Below are positions 59,951 through 64,000 of a stretch of 64,000 nt of DNA, in pieces (position 1 is the first letter of the stretch; every line of letters starts with the position of its first letter). The stretch is from Adineta vaga (taxonomy: Eukaryota > Animalia > Rotifera). A program made the translations under genes and the position numbers. Below the pieces are notes generated by a model that saw nothing but the letters and a program-made list of their open reading frames with translations, had not been told where the DNA came from and searched no databases. The stretch lies in assembly GCA_021613535.1 (NCBI GenBank), contig CP075493.1, positions 17,236,001 through 17,300,000 of the forward strand, given 5' to 3'.

Positions 59951-61612
59951 TCAATTATTATCTTCTAATATCATCTCAGCTGCTTTCATTCCAATAATCA
60001 TTGTAATTTGATTTGGATTTCCAGATATTAAATATGGTATAATTGAACCATCAGCAATTCTTAATTGTTTTGTATGACGTACTTTTAATCTTGGATTAAC
60101 AACAATCATATGATTATCTTGAAAATTATTTCCCATTGAACATGTACTTGATGGATGTGCATCACTTTTTATATTTTCTTTTATCCATTGAAGTAATTTC
60201 TTCTCATCATTTATATGAAATGAAGGAATATTAAATTTATTAAATTTTTCTATTAATTCACTTATTGATTTTGATAATAAAAATTTTCGAGCAACTTGAA
60301 CAGAATGTAAAGTTTTATTAATATCATAAGAATTTGATAAAAAATTTGGATTAATAATTGGTTTTGAAAATGGATTTTTATCAAATAAAGTAATACTTCC
60401 ACGAGATGTATAATGAAATGTTTCAACAAATATTTGAATTTTATAAATACCATTTATTTCACCTATTTGTAAACCATGATAATATTCTCCATTTTCTTCA
60501 ATAGCAATGACACCCCATGTACCAAATATATTCTTTGGTAATGAAATATTTTGATTACGTAAAGGTGTAGAATGTAATTCTAAAAAAGTATGATCTTGTA
60601 AATTTTTACCAACACCTGGTACATCGGCTAAACATTTAATGTTATGTTTAATTAATTCATTACATGGACCAATACCACTTAATAATAATAATTTAGGTGT
60701 ATCAAATACTCCAGCAGAAAGAATAATTTCTTTTCTACTATAAAAATAAATATATTCTTTTTTTCCAATATTATATGTTGTTACACCAATAGAACGTAAA
60801 CTTTTATCAAATAATATCTTTGTAACTTGTGTAAATACAAGAATATCAAGATTTTTTCGTGGTAAAATTGGTTGAATATATGCATTCCAACTACTCATTC
60901 TTTCAGCATAATTATCTGATATCTTTTTAGCCATATGAATTCGTGTTGATACACCACCTTGTCCTTGTTTTGAATCTAAATCATTTGGATTTCGATTATA
61001 TTTATAACCATTTTCTGTAGCACTTTTAATTAATTTTTGTATCAATGGATGTTTAGGATCTAATGGTGATGGTGAAATTGTTTTTTGAATAGATTTCCAA
61101 TAAGATGATAAATCATTCCATGACCAACCATTAATTGGTCCCCAACGTTCATCAAAATCTTTTCGATTACCAATTATAAATACCATTCCATTCATACTAT
61201 TAGTACCACCTGTACCTTTTGCTCGTGGAATTGGTATAGAACGATATCCAAATCCAGCTTGTAATGTTGATACATATCCACGTTCTATAAGTGGATCGAA
61301 TCGTATTGAATACCATTGAGATGCATTTTGTACTTGCGGATTTAATGATAACCAATAACCTTCTTCAATTAATAGAACTTTATTTTGTGGATTATCGGAA
61401 AGTTTTCTTGCTAGAATACTACCAGCTGTTCCAGCACCAATAATTATATAATCATAACAATTGTTCATAGACGATTGATTTCGACATTTTTTATAATTTT
61501 CTTCATGCCAATGAAGATGTGTATCGAATTTATCATTCGAAAAACTATATATTTCACATATTACTGAAGAGAATAATAGGTTAAGAACAAAAATATTGAA
61601 TATCGTTTTCAT
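59951..61612 (-). CDS. Secreted GMC (glucose-methanol-choline) oxidoreductase, intronless
   Basis: Signal peptide MKTIFNIFVLNLLFSSVIC; 'YDYIIIGAGTAG', 'RAKGTGGTNSMNGM', 'LLLLSGIG', 'VGKNLQDH', 'HPSSTCSMG', 'LRIADGS...GNPN'. Confidence 0.9.
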   Translation of the reverse strand: MKTIFNIFVLNLLFSSVICEIYSFSNDKFDTHLHWHEENYKKCRNQSSMNNCYDYIIIGAGTAGSILARKLSDNPQNKVLLIEEGYWLSLNPQVQNASQWYSIRFDPLIERGYVSTLQAGFGYRSIPIPRAKGTGGTNSMNGMVFIIGNRKDFDERWGPINGWSWNDLSSYWKSIQKTISPSPLDPKHPLIQKLIKSATENGYKYNRNPNDLDSKQGQGGVSTRIHMAKKISDNYAERMSSWNAYIQPILPRKNLDILVFTQVTKILFDKSLRSIGVTTYNIGKKEYIYFYSRKEIILSAGVFDTPKLLLLSGIGPCNELIKHNIKCLADVPGVGKNLQDHTFLELHSTPLRNQNISLPKNIFGTWGVIAIEENGEYYHGLQIGEINGIYKIQIFVETFHYTSRGSITLFDKNPFSKPIINPNFLSNSYDINKTLHSVQVARKFLLSKSISELIEKFNKFNIPSFHINDEKKLLQWIKENIKSDAHPSSTCSMGNNFQDNHMIVVNPRLKVRHTKQLRIADGSIIPYLISGNPNQITMIIGMKAAEMILEDNN

Positions 61613-61886
61613 TAAGATTAATTGACTGAATTCAACAACAACAAAAAAAGATAGAAATTTCCAAACAGACTGAAAAAAGTGGATTAAATTTGAATTATGC
61701 AATATGATTGGTCTATTTTATGACGTAAATCGTCCATTCAGTTTTTATTTCAACTGATTCTTTTTCTTGTCTGTTTGACCCTTTTTTGACCTCTTGGATA
61801 TCAAAAAAAAGAAAATTATTTCATCTACTTAATGTTTTGTATGAAACTTTTGCAATTCATTGATTATATAGACGAATTAGATTAAA

Positions 61887-63703
61887 TTAAAAGTTGGAAT
61901 TATCATCAGTTAACTTGATTCGTTTATAGTCAACATTGATTTCAGTTGACTGAATCTGTTTTATTCCAAGCCAAACAATAATCGTTCTATATCGTTTCCA
62001 ACACGTTGAATTAATTGTATTATTAGAAAACCATTCGATCATTTCATCAATGTTCCCAATATATTGTACGTCCAATTGAAGTGTAGATAAATGTTGACAT
62101 CGTTCAAGAATTCTTTTTATTTGATCGACACTATTTGTTGGTACTTGTAAATGTTTCACACGACATGGAATAGTTGAATGGATATTTTCTATAGTTCGAT
62201 TTAAATTATATCGAAGACCATTACCCTGAATAATCAACGAAGAAAGATTGTGTGCTTGTTCCATGAAGATGCCAATATCCATCGGTATGTTTTTATTATA
62301 TTTGTAAAAAATATTTTGGCGATATCCATCAAAAAAATAAGTATATAATTTGATTTTAACTAGTTGGGATATATTGATGTATATGGAAAGTGATTGGAGT
62401 AATAACAATGGACATTCTTTCTGAAAAATCAATTCGATTTCAGTCACTTTAGGAAACATTGGATGATTTGTAATTGTTTTCTGAAAAATAAAATACATCG
62501 TTATAAATATACAAGAAAATGTTTAGTTGATTAACTTACTTGTTGAATCTCATCAACTATAATTTTTGATAAACACAAATTGAGTGAATTTATATTATCT
62601 GTTATTGTTGAATTATTATCAAATATCGAAGTACTAGTTGATAAAGATATTTTTTGTGATTTTGTTGTGTATTTTAGAATTGATAAACATATTGGTTCGG
62701 AATAAAGACAAATAGTAGAATGATCAATGAGATATTCACAAGAAACAAACCATTTTTTATATTCCATCCAAAATGGTGTTTGAAATAAAGAAATTATCGA
62801 CTCGACATCTGTCAAGGCTGTTTTAATTAAAAATTTCTCATTAAAGTAAAATTCAAATTTTTCCAATTGTACTAAATTTATTTGAATGAATTGTTCCCAT
62901 CGTTTACCATCTAACATTTCATTTCCACCAATCAATTTTAGATAAACAAGTGATGGTGTTAATAACAAAAGTGATTCCATTTTATCAATCTTTACGACAA
63001 GATCTTTAATAGTTAATGATCTTAATTGTGGAAAATAGATTGAAGTTAAATCATCGATCAAGTTACTTGACATTTTCCTTATAATAAATGTGTGTAAATG
63101 AGGGAAAAATTGAAGTATTGTGCAAAAAGAATTTATATGTATATCACTATTTATTGTCAAATGTTGAATTTTGCAATCAACTGGCCATGTAATTTCATCC
63201 ATTCTTAGTGATTCTATGTCGATTTCTAGTTTACGAAGAGTTAATTGCGCAACAACTGATGAGAGAAGAGATAAAGTTGTTTTTTTGCATTTATTATCAT
63301 ATTTTCTAATGTTGAATGAGAATGAAACAAGTGAATTAAGATTCATTCGTTTCAAAATACAATTTAATTGAAATTCTTCAATATAATGAAGAGTTAAAAA
63401 CTGAATTCGTGTAAATTGTTGAAGATGAACAAGTGATATAAAGACATCGATTTGATTGGATATTTCTTTATTATTTGAAAGTACAAAAGAATTAATATTT
63501 TTTGGATCAATTAATCGACAGAGAACACAAAAATTTGATTTGGAAATTAATTTCGAATCCAAAACATATCGATCATAAGTATTAACAACGGATTGAAATA
63601 ATCTTGATAATGGTCGAATTGAAAATATGATTGTTTCTGTATCCAAATTATCAAAAATTCGATAAAGTAATTCTACTGGTAATGATTGAATTGATAAATT
63701 CAT
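61887..63703 (-). CDS. F-box/LRR protein, 2 exons
   Basis: 'LPVELLYRIFDNLD' F-box, LRR-like repeats, 'DGKRWEQFI', 'FQTPFW..KKWFV'; intron 62539-62481 joins the two ORFs in frame. Confidence 0.85.
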
Positions 63704-64000
63704 GTTGTTTTATATTCGATGTTGGTAACTTTTATATTTGTATTTCTCGCAATATGATACACGTTTTACATTGACAAACCATCTCTTTTATATATGACAA
63801 ATTAAAAACAGAACAGAAAAGAAATATGGATATTACCCTTCGATTTTATAGTAATGCGATATATGACGAATGATCAAAAAATTTGAATAGCTATTTTCAG
63901 TTATAATTAAGAGGTCGCTCTTGACAGTGATAAATTATAAAGTTATACTTTTTGTGGAACTCACATTACATCGACTTTGTAGAACACAATCTCAAAAACA

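Noticed and set aside
1-64000. Prokaryotic operons, rRNA or tRNA genes
   Set aside because: Spliceosomal introns throughout; no tRNA cloverleaf or rRNA recognised by eye (only the tRNA-complementary PBS)

Overview
AT-rich eukaryotic genomic DNA with short (~50-65 nt) GT-AG introns. The gene families present (F-box/LRR, TM-pentapeptide, EGF-7TM, Cys-rich TM + FG-GAP), the foreign-looking enzymes and the TGTGGG/TGAGGG repeats point to a bdelloid rotifer (inference). Host-type genes: DnaJA, an SLC7 amino-acid transporter, an ADP/ATP carrier, F-box/LRR genes and pseudogenes, and a shattered PA200/PSME4 pseudogene. Probable horizontally acquired genes: an intronless FAD-linked oxidase, a fungal-type S10 carboxypeptidase, a KUP/HAK K+ transporter and a GMC oxidoreductase. 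Mobile DNA: a complete, very young Ty3/gypsy LTR retrotransposon (apparently identical 174-bp LTRs, GATTA TSD, tRNA-His PBS) with a third ORF encoding a DEDDy exonuclease; an intact 4-intron MULE transposase next to a decayed one; a non-autonomous hAT; Helitron-like pieces; and several foldback MITEs. The most striking unexplained signal is a dispersed family of about 17 short intergenic hairpins built from telomere-type repeats in head-to-head orientation: CTTGAG(GGTGTG)n - purine/pyrimidine-biased spacer - (CACACC)n CTCAAG, roughly one every 3-4 kb. All calls were made by eye, without database searches.
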